Positions 12,206 through 25,185 are shown, numbered from the whole stretch's first letter. The stretch: 63,951 nucleotides of DNA, filler included, from Octopus bimaculoides (GCF_001194135.2; 7 parts of 7 records of this genome joined end to end with filler, not necessarily neighbours in it); one strand, 5' to 3'. Notes: generated by a model from the sequence alone, not told the origin. Numbers and translations are program-made.

Positions 12206-13074
12206 CGAGGTCTGATCAATAAGTGTGCGGACTGTTGCTACAGTAACGAAGCTAAAGCACGCAGAGTGAAGCCGCTTGGCAAAAATTGACCTTGAACTCT
12301 GCTGTGCATGCGCACTAAGTGTTAACGTTTTAGCTCATTTCCGCTGTTTAAGGCAGTGCTTGGAAGGAAGGCGTGTAGTGCGTGATCGTCGCATTGACCA
12401 CGACAGAGTAAGTTGTCATGTCGATACCTGCTCAGAGGCCTACGCAAAGTTGCAGAAAGTTAATACAGAAGAGTGTATGAGCCGCATACAAGTGTACGAG
12501 TGGTTCAGATATTTCCAAGATGGCCGAAAAATGTCGATATTAACGAGCGTCCTGGGAGACCCGCAACCAGCAGAACTGAGAAAAATATCGCAGCTCTGCG
12601 GGCAGCTGTGAGGGAAATCATCGAATCACCATCCGTGAGTTATCAGAAGATGTGTAGATCAGTCCATTATCATTGAAGATTTGGATATGAGACGCGTGTC
12701 TACCAAGTTTGTGCCAAAACTGTTTTCAACCGACCAAAAAGACACTCGGGTTTCAGTTGCACAACTGATTGTGTCGAGAACGATCGAAACTTTTTGAAAA
12801 CTTTGCATAGGCTTCTGAGCAGGTATCGCCAAGCTTTTGGCAAAATTTGATGCAGATTCTCCGCTCAACTTTCTCTGTCATGGTCAATGCGATGATCACA
12901 CGCTATACACCTTTCTTCCAAGCACTGCTGTAAACAGCGAAAGAGAGCTAGAACGTTAAAACTTAGTGCGCCTGCACAGCAGAGTTCAAGGTCAATCTAT
13001 TCCAAGCAGCTTTACTCTGCGTGCTTTAGCTTCGTTACCATGCAACACTCCGGGTACTTATTGATCAGACCACG
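12206..13074. mobile_element. Mariner-derived foldback element built from two inverted left ends
   Basis: CGAGGTCTGATCAATAAG...CTTATTGATCAGACCACG-TA termini; 255-290-bp inverted arms. Plus-strand transposase remnant DTCSEAYAKLQKV...YEWFRYF...NERPGRP...FVPKLF. The right arm encodes MTEKVERRICIKFCQKLGDTCSEAYAK on the minus strand. Confidence 0.85.
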
Positions 13075-13296
13075 TACTGGTTTAAGAAGGTTACATGTCC
13101 AATGTCAAAGATTGGCTATTCAGTTGAATAATCTTCCGAATATAAAGGATGGCGTGAGACTGGGGCTTTATTTGGACCAACTTAATACGACATGACAATG
13201 ACGTTCCCAGTTCATAATAATCAACTTCGACTTTATTATCTGATAGACCGCTGACTTTGATATTATAGGAGTTTTATATACTCCGATGCCTTTAGT

Positions 13297-13890
13297 AGTT
13301 GCCTTTCATCCTTTCGGGATTGATTAAATAAATACCAGCTACGCACTGGGGTCGATGTAATCGACTTAATCCCCTCCCCTAAGTTGCCCTTGTGGCAAAA
13401 ATTTGAAGTCATTATTATTATTATTACTATTGTTGTTGTTGTTGACGCAGCGAACTGGCAGATTCGTTAGCACGCTGGACGAAATGCTTAGCGGTATTTC
13501 GCCCGTCACTACATTCTGGATTCAAATTCAGCCGAGGTCGACTTTGCCTTTCATCCTTTCGGGGTCGATAAATTAAGTACTGGTAAAACACTGAAGTCGA
13601 TGAAATCGACTAGTCCCCTCCCACCAGATTTCAGACCTTGTGCCTTTAGTAGAAAGGATTATTATTGTTTGCTGTGGTGGCGAGCTTGCAGAATCGTTAG
13701 CATTCCGGGCAAAATGCTTAGTGGCATTTCGTCCGTCTTTACGTTCTGAGTTCTAATTCCGCTATAGTCGGCTTTGTCTTCCATCCTTTCGGGGTCGATA
13801 AATTACCAGTCAAGTACTAATGTCGATGTGATCGACTATCCCCCTCCCCACAAATTCCAGGCCGTGTGCCTATAATAGAAAGAATTATTA
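13297..13890 (+). mobile_element. Head-to-tail array of three SINE-B monomers
   Basis: Units at about 13297-13420 (5'-truncated), 13444-13665 and 13675-13890, separated by (TTA)/(TTG) tails. Confidence 0.85.
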
Positions 13891-14656
13891 ATGTTTGGTG
13901 TGTAAATAGAACGGACAGGAGTAGAACTTTGATGTTTTACTACTTCTCCCTGTCGCCAGGAGATATTATTGGCTAGAATAAATGTCATATGGTGTATCTG
14001 TTTGCATAGACATTTAGCATTTGTAATTATTTTATTAATAGGTATGGAACTGTTGAGTAAGCTACTTCCTATCTACTACACATATAGATGTTGAGGGTTC
14101 GCTGTCAGAGAGATGATCTACTACACATGTTATTAGGAGCTCTGTCGTTTCTATTTCATCACATCCTACTGCACATTGTTTCCTATTTCCTTTTTCATAT
14201 CCATATCCAATTCTTGATACTGAATTTGATCTGGTATTATACCTTCCTTTGCCAGTCTGTATTCCTGTTGTACAGTTCTCCTTCTCTCCTTATCCTCTTG
14301 CTCATTACCATAATTTGTTTTCTTCCTTTATATCTACTTTTGCCTCGCTATTAAAATTGCATTCTGTCTCTATCCTAATAATCCCAATAACGATATATGA
14401 TGTGTGTGCATGTATTATACATAGGTATGCACACACACACACACACACACATTAAAGTCACTTAGAGGGTAAGTTAACCTCGTAAGGAGATGGTTGCATC
14501 CAAGGAAATACTGGTTTCATATCTAGTAATTTTGGGAAATGAAATTTCTTTAAATCAATTGGTATGTATGAAGAATAAAGTTCATGTTCATTTAAATGAA
14601 AGAAAGAAAATGGAGAGTTAAGATAATAATTCTTATTTAAAAATTACCAATTTTTT

Positions 14657-14738
14657 AATAAGTCCTAGGCTCGATTTGTTCGACTGAAGGAGGTGCTCCA
14701 GCATGGCCGCAATCAAATGACTGAAACAAGTAAAAGAA
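14657..14738 (+). mobile_element. SINE-C 3' tail fragment
   Basis: ggtgctccagcatggccgcaatcaaatgactgaaacaagtaaaaga matches the tail at 15125-15175. Confidence 0.75.
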
Positions 14739-14777
14739 TATATATATATATATAAATGTATACATATATGTATAATA

Positions 14778-15175
14778 GGCGCAGGAGTGGCCTTGTGGCA
14801 AGTAACTTGCTTACCAACCACATGGTTCCGGGTTCAGTCCTACTGCGTGGTCCCTTGCGCAAGTGCCTTCTGCAGTAGCCTCGGCCTGACCAAAGCCTTG
14901 TCAGTGGATTTAAAAGACGGAAAGTGAAAGAAGCCCGTCGTATATATATATGTGTGTGTATGTGTGTGTGTGTGTGTATGTTTGTGTGTCTTCTCCCCCA
15001 ACATCGCTTGACAACCGATGCTGGTGTGTTTACGTCTCCGTAACTTAGCGATTCGGCAAAAGAACCGATAGAATAAGTACTAGGCTTACAAAGAATAAGT
15101 CCTGGGGTCGATTTGCTCGACTAAAGGCAGTGCTCCAGCATGACCGCAGTCAAATGACTGAAACAAGTAAAAGAA
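14778..15175 (+). mobile_element. tRNA-derived CORE-like SINE, family C, full-length
   Basis: Head GGCGCAGGAGTGGC...GGGTTCAGTCC; CORE-like segment (tggtcccttgcgcaagtgccttc...agcctcgg); internal (TA/TG) microsatellite; conserved tail shared by many copies in the window. Confidence 0.85.
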
Positions 15176-15177
15176 TG

Positions 15178-15215
<38 letters not shown>

Positions 15216-15513
15216 ATTGATGAGTACATTAAATTCCTTCAGCTTTAAAGCTGTGGTCATGCTGGGGCTCCACCGTTCTATCTAGCTATCTACCTATATA
15301 TAGAGAGAGAGGGGGGGAGAAAGGGAGAGAGAGAGAAATACATACATACATATAGATTTATTTAGAAATATAAGGATAAAATCTATATTTTATCCTGCGT
15401 GAAAAACCAGTTTGGGGAAAAAAAATTACTACAAAGTATAAATTTTTCCGTTAGTAATAGCCCTTTATGTAATGAATGTATTTATATATATGTCTATATA
15501 TATATATAGTTAT

Positions 15514-15562
<49 letters not shown>

Positions 15563-15681
15563 AAAAAATACATTTATTTATATGCGCGCGCGCGCACACA
15601 CACACACACACACATATATATACATACACGCGCGTGCATATATATATTGGAAGGTTTGGAGGTGATGTACAGGAATTATAT

Positions 15682-15797
15682 ATTAGAAAAAATAATAAGG
15701 TACTCAAATATCTGGATGGTTGTACATTTACAAATGTACGGTTGGTTGTAAATGTACAACCATCCAGATATCTGAGTACCTTATTATTTTTTCTAAT
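15682..15797. repeat. Near-perfect palindrome: 52-bp arms, 12-nt loop, 1 mismatch
   Basis: 15682-15733 is the reverse complement of 15746-15797 except A15707 opposite C15772. Confidence 0.95.
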
Positions 15798-17879
15798 TAG
15801 ATTAGAAGTATCAATTAAAAGTTTGCTGCCCAATGTCACTTAAACCACACCCTACCATCCAGAAAAAGGATTATGAAAAAAGAAGACTGTACATTAAATA
15901 ATGCCGATCAAGTTACTCTTAAAAAGACAGGATGCTTACGGCTGGAATACCTTCGATCATAGGTCTGCTGGATCGGCAATGACTTGGGCTAAAAAGAAAC
16001 AGCAAATCATAAATAAATAAATAATAAAAAATAGTAAAGTGAGAAAATAACTAGGATTGTTAATGATATTTACCGTTGTTATTGTTGTTAATGTTACACT
16101 TTTTGTAATTATAATTATATAAATTTGTTGGCGTTAATTAATGTTTACGAAAAGACGGCTTCGAAAAAGCATGTTTTCGAGAAAAGTTTGGCCTGTCACT
16201 TCATAAGAAAAGTACAACTTTTCTGATTGTTAGTGACCTTACTTAATGGGCATCTATATGAATATATAAATATATATTTGGTGTATAATTATTGTCTTAT
16301 ACTACACAATGGTTTATTGTTCTTGTTGTATGTCTTTCATATGTAAGTATTTTATTTATTGGTTGTGTTTTTGGTTTTTATTGGAGGTGGGTATAGTTTT
16401 TCTGGTAATTTTCATCATTAATAGAAAGCACTTGTTGGTTAAAAACTATTTACTCTTTAAACAATAGTTTACGAATTTAAATACATTTAGTGGAGGTCCA
16501 GAAAGCTTTTAAAGTTACTGCTAAAGAAAATTCCAACTTGAAAGCCTACTATATGACATGATTGTAACATTAAAATTTAAATGTATTCTCCGTTTATATA
16601 TTGTGTATTATATTTATGTATAATATATACACACACGCGTTTTACTTGACCAGGTGTTTAATTTCATCACAATCCCGTAAACGACTTCATACAAATAGAA
16701 TGAGTAAGTCTTTAAACTGCATTCTACATTATTTTAATAAGTATGTCCACTCTATGTTTTGAGCACTTTGCTTTAAAATGTGGTTCTAGTTTTGGGGGCT
16801 TTTTTTTTAAGGGGAACTCACAACTGTAGAACACAAATTATATTTACATAGTAAAAGTTGTCCTTTTCCTTATATGACACTTGTTAATTTTATTCTTTTC
16901 ATAAGGTGTGTATAGTGTCAAAAGTTATATCATACCTCTGTACAGATAAATTACATTAGTAGTTTCCTCGTATGAACACCTGCACGCACGAATCTATACT
17001 GTATAAAGTAACTCTATTGAACTATGAATATTTGGTTTATCCTTCTATTCCTTCTCTTCCAGAACAGTTCTATTAAACCGAAGTGCTGCCTAGCATAGAT
17101 ATGTCTTCTTCATCGCATATATGCAAAAGGAACCGAAGCAATCATTATAACGATCATCATTATTCCTTCATAAATTGGACAAAGTTAAAGGTAAAATTAG
17201 GCTTTGCACAACAGCTTTCATTCCATGTTATTTTTTACTGCGCAATCTTTTTATTTTTATTATTATAAAAGAAATCATCAATATTATTATTACTACTATT
17301 TTAATTAAGTTTTTTGTTTTTTCGCTTGCACGTATATGCGTTTGTACGCGGCGTGCGTTTAAGTTTATACGTATGTATACAAATGTGCTATAATTTGTGT
17401 ATAAATGTATGCTGTATTCGTTTGTATGCTCAGATGTTTTGTATGTTCCTGTGAGATTAAATTGACAGTAGAACTTGTGTGTAATCTCTTTACTTGAGAA
17501 TAGATTACTATGGAGACACCCGAGGCATGTCTTCTATCCCACGCTATTGTTGACAGCAACTTACATTTTGCGTCTCTAAAATGTCGCTGGAGGTAGGTGG
17601 GTAAATTAAACCGCTTTGGTATATCCTCTGTGTGTGTGTGTGCGCGTGCGCGCGCAAACACACACACACACACACACACACAAAAGCATATCAACTGCAT
17701 CGATCTCACAGTCTAGAAGGATTTGCAAAGGTCATGGGCACTTTCTAAATTTAAATAAATTACATAGCGAGTGAGAAAGAAAAGTAGTTAGAAAGTAAAA
17801 AAGTAATTTCTTTATTAACTTAAATGGTGCAGTCTGTAGCGAGATATTTTTCAGACGTCTGAATAAAAAAAAAAAGCCC

Positions 17880-17950
17880 ACTGTTTTGAGTTCCAATCCA
17901 ACTGGGAACGACTTTCTTTTCATCCTTCCGGGTCGCTAAAATATGTACCA
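17880..17950 (+). mobile_element. Degenerate SINE-B fragment
   Basis: gagttccaatcc...tttcatccttccgggtcgctaaaatatgtacc resembles the SINE-B B-box and central domain. Confidence 0.55.
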
Positions 17951-17956
17951 ATCACG

Positions 17957-19720
17957 ATTGTTATTATTCAGTGTTATTTTTGTTACATATTTTCATTGCA
18001 TTACTGAGCGCCTGTCTGTGGGCCTTGTGTACATGCTGTGTTTTGTTTTGGTTTTGACTTTATTGACAGTTATCAAACTAATGTATACAGTGCTTAATGG
18101 TTCTACTGTCTGTATGTTACACGTAATTATAAATCGCGATTGGCTTATAGATTTGCCTATTTTTAAAACTATCCCCAAGGTACATTTTATTATAGGAATT
18201 GTTTGTTCAAAGTTTTATACTTGAATTTTTTCTCCATTTCTTTTGAGAGATACATTTTTCTTTTTTTTTCTTTTTTTGCCAGTTGTTCGATTTTGAACTA
18301 CTTCCTTCCCTAGTTGTCTTTGATAACAATGTCTGCCCTATTAACCATAATTTCTCTCTGTGCGTAGATTGACAGATCCCAAAGTATGATTACCTTATCA
18401 TTCCTTAAGAACCCCTTCTACTGTAAACCTACACAACCTCTTTTCTGATGGTATTTCCTAATGCTGCCCCAGCTTTGTCATGCTTGTAGATGTCTTCATT
18501 GAATGGATCTCGGTAGCTAGAGACAATATTTTCACTGTTTCTTCCCAATCACCACATATTCTGCAGTTAATATATTCTATTTCATCACATGTTTTGGGTG
18601 TTTCTGATGAGGATTTGATCCTATTCTGCAATCAGTAATTTTTCAGTTTTGAGTCTTGCACTTCTCAACAGGGTATGAGATGTTTTGGCACTGACTTATT
18701 TGGCATCAGACGTTTTAATGTTTCTCTCATTCTTTCCTTTCTGTCACTCACTCCTATCTGTATGTGTATATTTCTGTGCACACATGCATGTGTTTACCTC
18801 CAATGCTAAAACTGGCTGAATGTCCAGTCACCTGTTCCAAATCATTTCATTCCATTCTCAACAGGTGCTGCTGTTTTTCTCTATTAGCACTCTGTTTACT
18901 TTTTTCAGGTTTTAACCATGTAGGGACTTTTCTTTCTATTGCTTTAACATGGCATTTTGTTGCCTCATTTCTAACTTCTTTTTATCTTCTTGACATTTTC
19001 TATTATTTATCACTTCTCTCAACTTCCCATTTTGTATTTGTTAGTTTTCTTGAAGACAGAAAACAGTATTTTTTTTAGTGGGGTGGGAGCTGCAGCTATT
19101 TTTATTAGTTTTCAATTATTCTTTACTAGATAGTTTTNNNNNNNNNNCTACATTGAATAGTTGATAATATAGTTTCCTTATTGCCTATTCCTCCTACCTT
19201 TCTGTATTCGTGCTAGGTATAATCTTTCTATGTCAGATTTTGGGTGGTGTATTCTAAATACAGCCATTGTTTTTCTTAACTAAACTTGCTAGTTCAATTA
19301 GCATCCACCTGAGAATATAATTACAACCTACTACTGGACCAGCTACAATATTATTTATTGCATTTAGTTCTGTTTTGAATATTAATCTAACACATCTTTA
19401 ACCTTTTTGCATTCAGATTTCTCTGTCAAATGGAATGTTTATTTATCCATGTTGTTTTGAATTCATTATGTATTATCTTGTGGCTTTTAAATTTCAATGA
19501 TGTTGGTCGTTTACTTTTAGAATGACATTGTATGATAGGTGTGGGAGGTTGAATCTGGCCAGTTTGAACATAAAACAGGGAGAATATTTGGGCCAGATAT
19601 GGTTGGTTTGAATGCTAAAGGGTTAATATTCCTTCTTAACCATTTCTTTTATTTGTATGTGTTGTACTCTGATACTTTTAATATGAATGTGCTTTTAGCA
19701 TGAATGCTTGTGATATTAAT
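17957..19720 (-). pseudogene. Decayed Dong/R4-clade (RLE-type) non-LTR retrotransposon, 3' portion
   Basis: Minus-strand pieces across frameshifts: KEMVKKEY*RCVRLIFKTELNA; HHPKSDIERLYLAR; LRSARLKTEKLLIAE*DQ; CRICGDWEETV (CCHC knuckle start); ILWDLSI...NRADIVIKD (RLE PD motif region); KEMEKKFKY; IQTVEPLSTVYI; short AAT tail at 17957-17969. Parallels the copy at 29171. Confidence 0.8.
19402..19622. mobile_element. piggyBac-like MITE nested in the Dong remnant
   Basis: TTAA on both sides (19398-19401 and 19623-19626). Termini CCTTTTTGCATTCAGA and TTTGAATGCTAAAGGG are inverted. Removing it restores the Dong reading frame. Confidence 0.8.
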
Positions 19721-20370
19721 TACTCACTTAACAACAACAAAGGTAATCACATCAACACTGCTTTTTACACATATTTGCAAGTGTCACATCAAAGAAATAT
19801 ATTCTGGACATAAGCAATGACAGAGGTATGTCACAAAGGACTCCATCTTCTTAGGCAAGACTTTTACCCAAGAGTGGGTAAAGAGAGATCTGATGTTCTG
19901 CTTCACAAGGTGGGTGGGGACTTTTTGTATGCCTCCTCAAAAAAATCTGTTAAAGGAAACACTCCCTGACATGTGACACAGCATCCTACCCATTGAGTAA
20001 AGAAAAGGCAAATAGGTAGTGTCAGTTTACGTCTTTGAGGCCAGAAACAGGTTGAAATAGTGTGATGCACACCCACCCATAGTTGGGTCAATGCAACTGT
20101 CTAGTTGAGGGTGTTGCTAGTGACATTGATACTTGGCTTGTGACCATGTGGCACAATAAAGGTGGATAGTAAATACAAAGACCATGAAGAATGACATGTG
20201 GTTGGGAAATGGGGTATGAGTTGTTCGAAAACTGAGGTACAACTGTGTATGTATATATATATATATATATNNNNNNNNNNNNNNNNNNNNNNNNNNNNNN
20301 NNNNNNNNNNNNNNTTAATTAATTAANNNNNNNNNNNNNNNNNNNNNNNNNNNNNNNNNNNNNNNNNNNN

Positions 20371-20633
20371 GTGTGTGTGTATGTGTGTGTGTGTGTGTGT
20401 GTCTGTCTGTGTGGCTGTGTTTGTGTGTCTGTGTTTGTCCCCCCAACATCGCTTGACAACCGATGCTGGTGTGTTTGCGTCCCCGTAACCTTAGCGGTTC
20501 GGCAAGATAGAGACCGATAGAATAAGTACTAGGCTTACAAAGAATAAGTCCTGGGGTCGATTTGCTCGACTAAAGGCAGTGCTCCAGCATGGCCGCAGTC
20601 AAATAACTGAAACAAATAAAAGAATGAAAGAAT
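20371..20633 (+). mobile_element. SINE-C 3' half (5' part in gap)
   Basis: Near-identical to 14990-15175. Confidence 0.85.
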
Positions 20634-20971
20634 AACAGTTACATTGCTAAAACAATGTCCGAAGTAGTCACAGTCTTGCCAAATACGACCACCACTTCAC
20701 ACCGTATTCAAGTTTTGACCAAATTTTATGAATATTGATTACTAATTTGTCTGAAATGGCTTTCAAATCTTAATAACTAAGCTGTCTTAATTGATTTTCA
20801 AATGTAGATTTTAATCATTACCACAATGATTTTTCTTGTCGATATCAATGTATTTTCAATTAATTAAAATGTCTTGGCTCTTTAAGACAAGCATACCAGC
20901 TCACACTTTGCTATTTGTTTTCCGTGCAGAAGACGTTCATAGATTCTTTTATTTATTTATTTATTTATTTA

Positions 20972-21247
20972 TTCTTTTACTTGTTTCAGTCATTTGACTG
21001 TGGCAATGCTGGAGTATTTATTCTTTGGAAGCCTAGTATTTATTCTGTCGGTTCTCTTTTGCCGAACCGCTAGGTTACGGGGACGTAAACATACCGACAT
21101 CGGTTGTCAAACGATGGTGGGCGACAAACACTGACATACAAACACATCCATGCATGCATACACATACACACATATATACATATATATACACACATATATA
21201 TATATATATATATACACGCACATATATATACNNNNNNNNNNATATAT

Positions 21248-21280
<33 letters not shown>

Positions 21281-21355
21281 CACGCACATATATATACACA
21301 CACACACACATATATATATGTATAAACACACGCACACACACACACACACACACAT

Positions 21356-21404
<49 letters not shown>

Positions 21405-21531
21405 ACAGGATTCTTTTAGTTTCCGTCAACCATATCCACTTTGGTCGGCCCGAGGCTATAGTAAAATCAATGGGACTGAACCTGGAACCATGTGGTTGGT
21501 AAGCAAGCTTCTTAACACACAACCACTTCTG
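20972..21531 (-). mobile_element. SINE-C copy with internal deletions and an expanded internal microsatellite
   Basis: Tail at 20972-21130, about 270 bp of CA/TA repeat, head at 21400-21531 (gactgaacctggaaccatgtggttggtaagcaagc). Confidence 0.8.
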
Positions 21532-22348
21532 AAGAATAATATTTCTTATTCTCTATTTTCCCAAGCAGACGTCTTACAGTTTTCCTGCAATATTATTATT
21601 CTATAGAAATATTTTTTATTAATGCAGCTTTCACTACGTTGTTTTATAGTTTCACAATGAACAGGATTCTGTAACCGCTTACAATAAGCAGCTCATCACA
21701 TGTTCCAAGTCACACCTACAACCTAGACTATTTCTTCCCAAATCCGCAATATGAATGTCAATAAAATACCACATCGACCACTCTTACCAAACCCAGAAAA
21801 TCTTCCACATTCATCCAATCTGACGATTCTTCTAAAGAGATTAGACACCGCTCAAAAAGGACAAGCCATTCTTAACAATTTACAACGTTCCGGTTTCACC
21901 ACGGAGAGATTATCGCTCACACATCCGCCACCATGATGCTTCCGCTTGCCAGAAATGAACATACATTACAACGGATCAAATTGTTCTTATGCATTAATCC
22001 TCTGCTTCTGTTCGTTCAATTTTCCTTTTATATATTTCCTTCTGTCTACTGCTGCTTGCAATAACAGCAACTGCATCAGAAAACAGTTATTCTTTTCCGA
22101 TTTGTTAAACAGTTTCCCCATCACAAATGACACGCCTACGAAACTAACGTTATGGTTAAAAGGAAACGTGTCCGCATTCATAAAAACCGTTTATTTCAGT
22201 GGAATAAACACGGTTTAAAGTGGACTGTGACAGTCACTTCCAACACAAAAGTAAAACCAACTGACAAGCCACGAAAATACATTTTCTTTTCTCAAGAATT
22301 AAAGACATCAGAATTTGGGATACTGCTAAAGTCGTCATATATGTCAAG

Positions 22349-22458
<110 letters not shown>

Positions 22459-22652
22459 TTGTGTATTTAATTTGTGTATGTACATATGTGGGTAAATAAC
22501 TGTATATATGCACATATATATAGATGCATATATATACTTTTACGTATACATGTATGTAAATATATATATACATACGTACACATGCACACATACACACGCA
22601 TATACTTATGCATATATACATATGTATATGTATATATGCATAAACATATGTG

Positions 22653-22683
<31 letters not shown>

Positions 22684-22859
22684 ACACATGTGTATGTATT
22701 TATATACACATAAACATGTATATATTTATACAGATGTATACACACACACACACACCCACACACACACACACACATATATATATATAGATATATATGCATA
22801 CATATATGCATAATCTGTGTGTAGATACGTATGCTTTTATATATTTATATGTGTGTGTG

Positions 22860-22909
<50 letters not shown>

Positions 22910-25144
22910 TGTATCTTATGCTCAGAAAGAAGTGAGGCAGCTATTTCTAGCGGAATATTTGACCGCATAAAACCTTTTCTTTTCATTCGAACGCCTGACT
23001 TTTGACGGCACAAGTGTATGCATGAAGGACTGCAATTAAAAAAAAATATAAAAGAAAAATTGTTCGCATGTAAGAAGTAAAGATAGCTGCCATTTTGAAG
23101 TGTTCCATATACCGATTACAGCTCTTGTTACACAATTCCAGTTATTATCAAGGCTAGTTAACCCTAATACAGCCACCTCTTCGCCTATTCTTGTCCCCTA
23201 CTGTATAAAGTAACGGTGGTTGCATTGTAAATACCAGACGTCGCTTATATTGGACGGCCAAAGTTTAATTGTCTCCTGGCGCTTGATTACGTCAGAGACA
23301 AAGTGTAAGCTCTGTACTCAAGCCTGTCAAATGTGATACTGTCTATTAGCGGACATATTAGCTTGGCTATTTCACAACCTAATCAAATAGAATTATTTTA
23401 AACATAAGTTAATAAAGCATAGGGTCTCATCAGACGCTTTTAATCATATCACATCATATTATAGAGCACACTGGAACACACTATGTGCCACATTGTATTA
23501 TGATACAACAGACTTACATAATAATCACTTCACATCACACATCGTCTGCCAAATCAAACCACACAATGCCTTGTCACACCGAACAAAAAACACTCTGGCA
23601 CTGGACCAGCCTATGTACATACATGTATACATATATATATATATATATATANNNNNNNNNNNNNNNNNNNNNNNNNNNNNNNNNNNNNNNNNNNNNNNNN
23701 NNNNNNNNNNNNNNNNNNNNNNNNNNNNNNNNNNNNNNNNNNNNNNNNNNNNNNNNNNNNNNNNNNNNNNNNNNNNNNNNNNNNNNNNNNNNNNNNNNNN
23801 NNNNNNNNNNNNNNNNNNNNNNNNNNNNNNNNNNNNNNNNNNNNNNNNNNNNNNNNNNNNNNNNNNNNNNNNNNNNNNNNNNNNNNNNNNNNNNNNNNNN
23901 NNNNNNNNNNNNNNNNNNNNNNNNNNNNNNNNNNNNNNNNNNNNNNNNNNNNNNNNNNNNNNNNNNNNNNNNNNNNNNNNNNNNNNNNNNNNNNNNNNNN
24001 NNNNNNNNNNNNNNNNNNNNNNNNNNNNNNNNNNNNNNNNNNNNNNNNNNNNNNTATATATATATATATATATATATTACAAACATATATATGCATACAA
24101 ACATACAATCAAACAATATATATATATATACGCACATTCATTCATGCATACACGCACGCTTGCCAATACATTCATCCATCCATCCATCCATCCATCCATC
24201 CATCCATACATACATACATACAAGCATACGTACATACATACATACATACATACATACACACACACATACATACGTACAAACAATATGACAGCATATATAA
24301 ATAAAGAATACCAACAAATTCAAAGCGCTAACGTGGACGAAGATAGGAAACTGTGTTACTTCCCGATTTACACACGACAACACCTAAAGCGATTACGACA
24401 CAATGGCTACTGTAAAACAAAATGGAAGCTACATCTAACTAACGCTAGACAATGCCTAGTTGTTCCGCTAAAGCGAGCCATGTCAAATGTGTAAGCAGTC
24501 TCAAATTCAAAGGGCGTCCAGTTGTTTATATTACATAAGCACGTTTGAATGCCTTGAGGCCACAATCTCGAAAAATACAGGAAGTTGTAAAGGGAGCAAA
24601 GCTGCTTCTTTCACTGAACGAAATTGCCACTCACGTTTCGATTCTGTTGTGTTAAAGAGATGCATGTATGCACATACACACACACACACATACACACACA
24701 GACACACACACACACACATGCCCGAGCATATATATANNNNNNNNNNNNNNNNNNNNNNNNNNNNNNNNNNNNNNNNNNNNNNNNNNNNNNNNNNNNNNNN
24801 NNNNNNNNNNNNNNNNNNNNNNNNNNNNNNNNNNNNNNNNNNNNNNNNNNNNNNNNNNNNNNNNNNNNNNNNNNNNNNNNNNNNNNNNNNNNNNNNNNNN
24901 NNNNNNNNNNNNNNNNNNNNNNNNNNNNNNNNNNNNNNNNNNNNNNNNNNNNNNNNNNNNNNNNNNNNNNNNNNNNNNNNNNNNNNNNNNNNNNNNNNNN
25001 NNNNNNNNNNNNNNNNNNNNNNNNNNNNNNNNNNNNNNNNNNNNNNNNNNNNNNNNNNNNNNNNNNNNNNNNNNNNNNNNNNNNNNNNNNNNNNNNNNNN
25101 NNNNNNNNNNNNNNNNNNNNNNNNNNNTATATATATATATATAT

Positions 25145-25185
<41 letters not shown>

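Noticed and set aside
14110-14300. Minus-strand QCAVGCDEIETTELLITC resembling a LINE C-terminal zinc knuckle
   Set aside because: The His is missing and no other LINE motifs could be read nearby; too weak to annotate.
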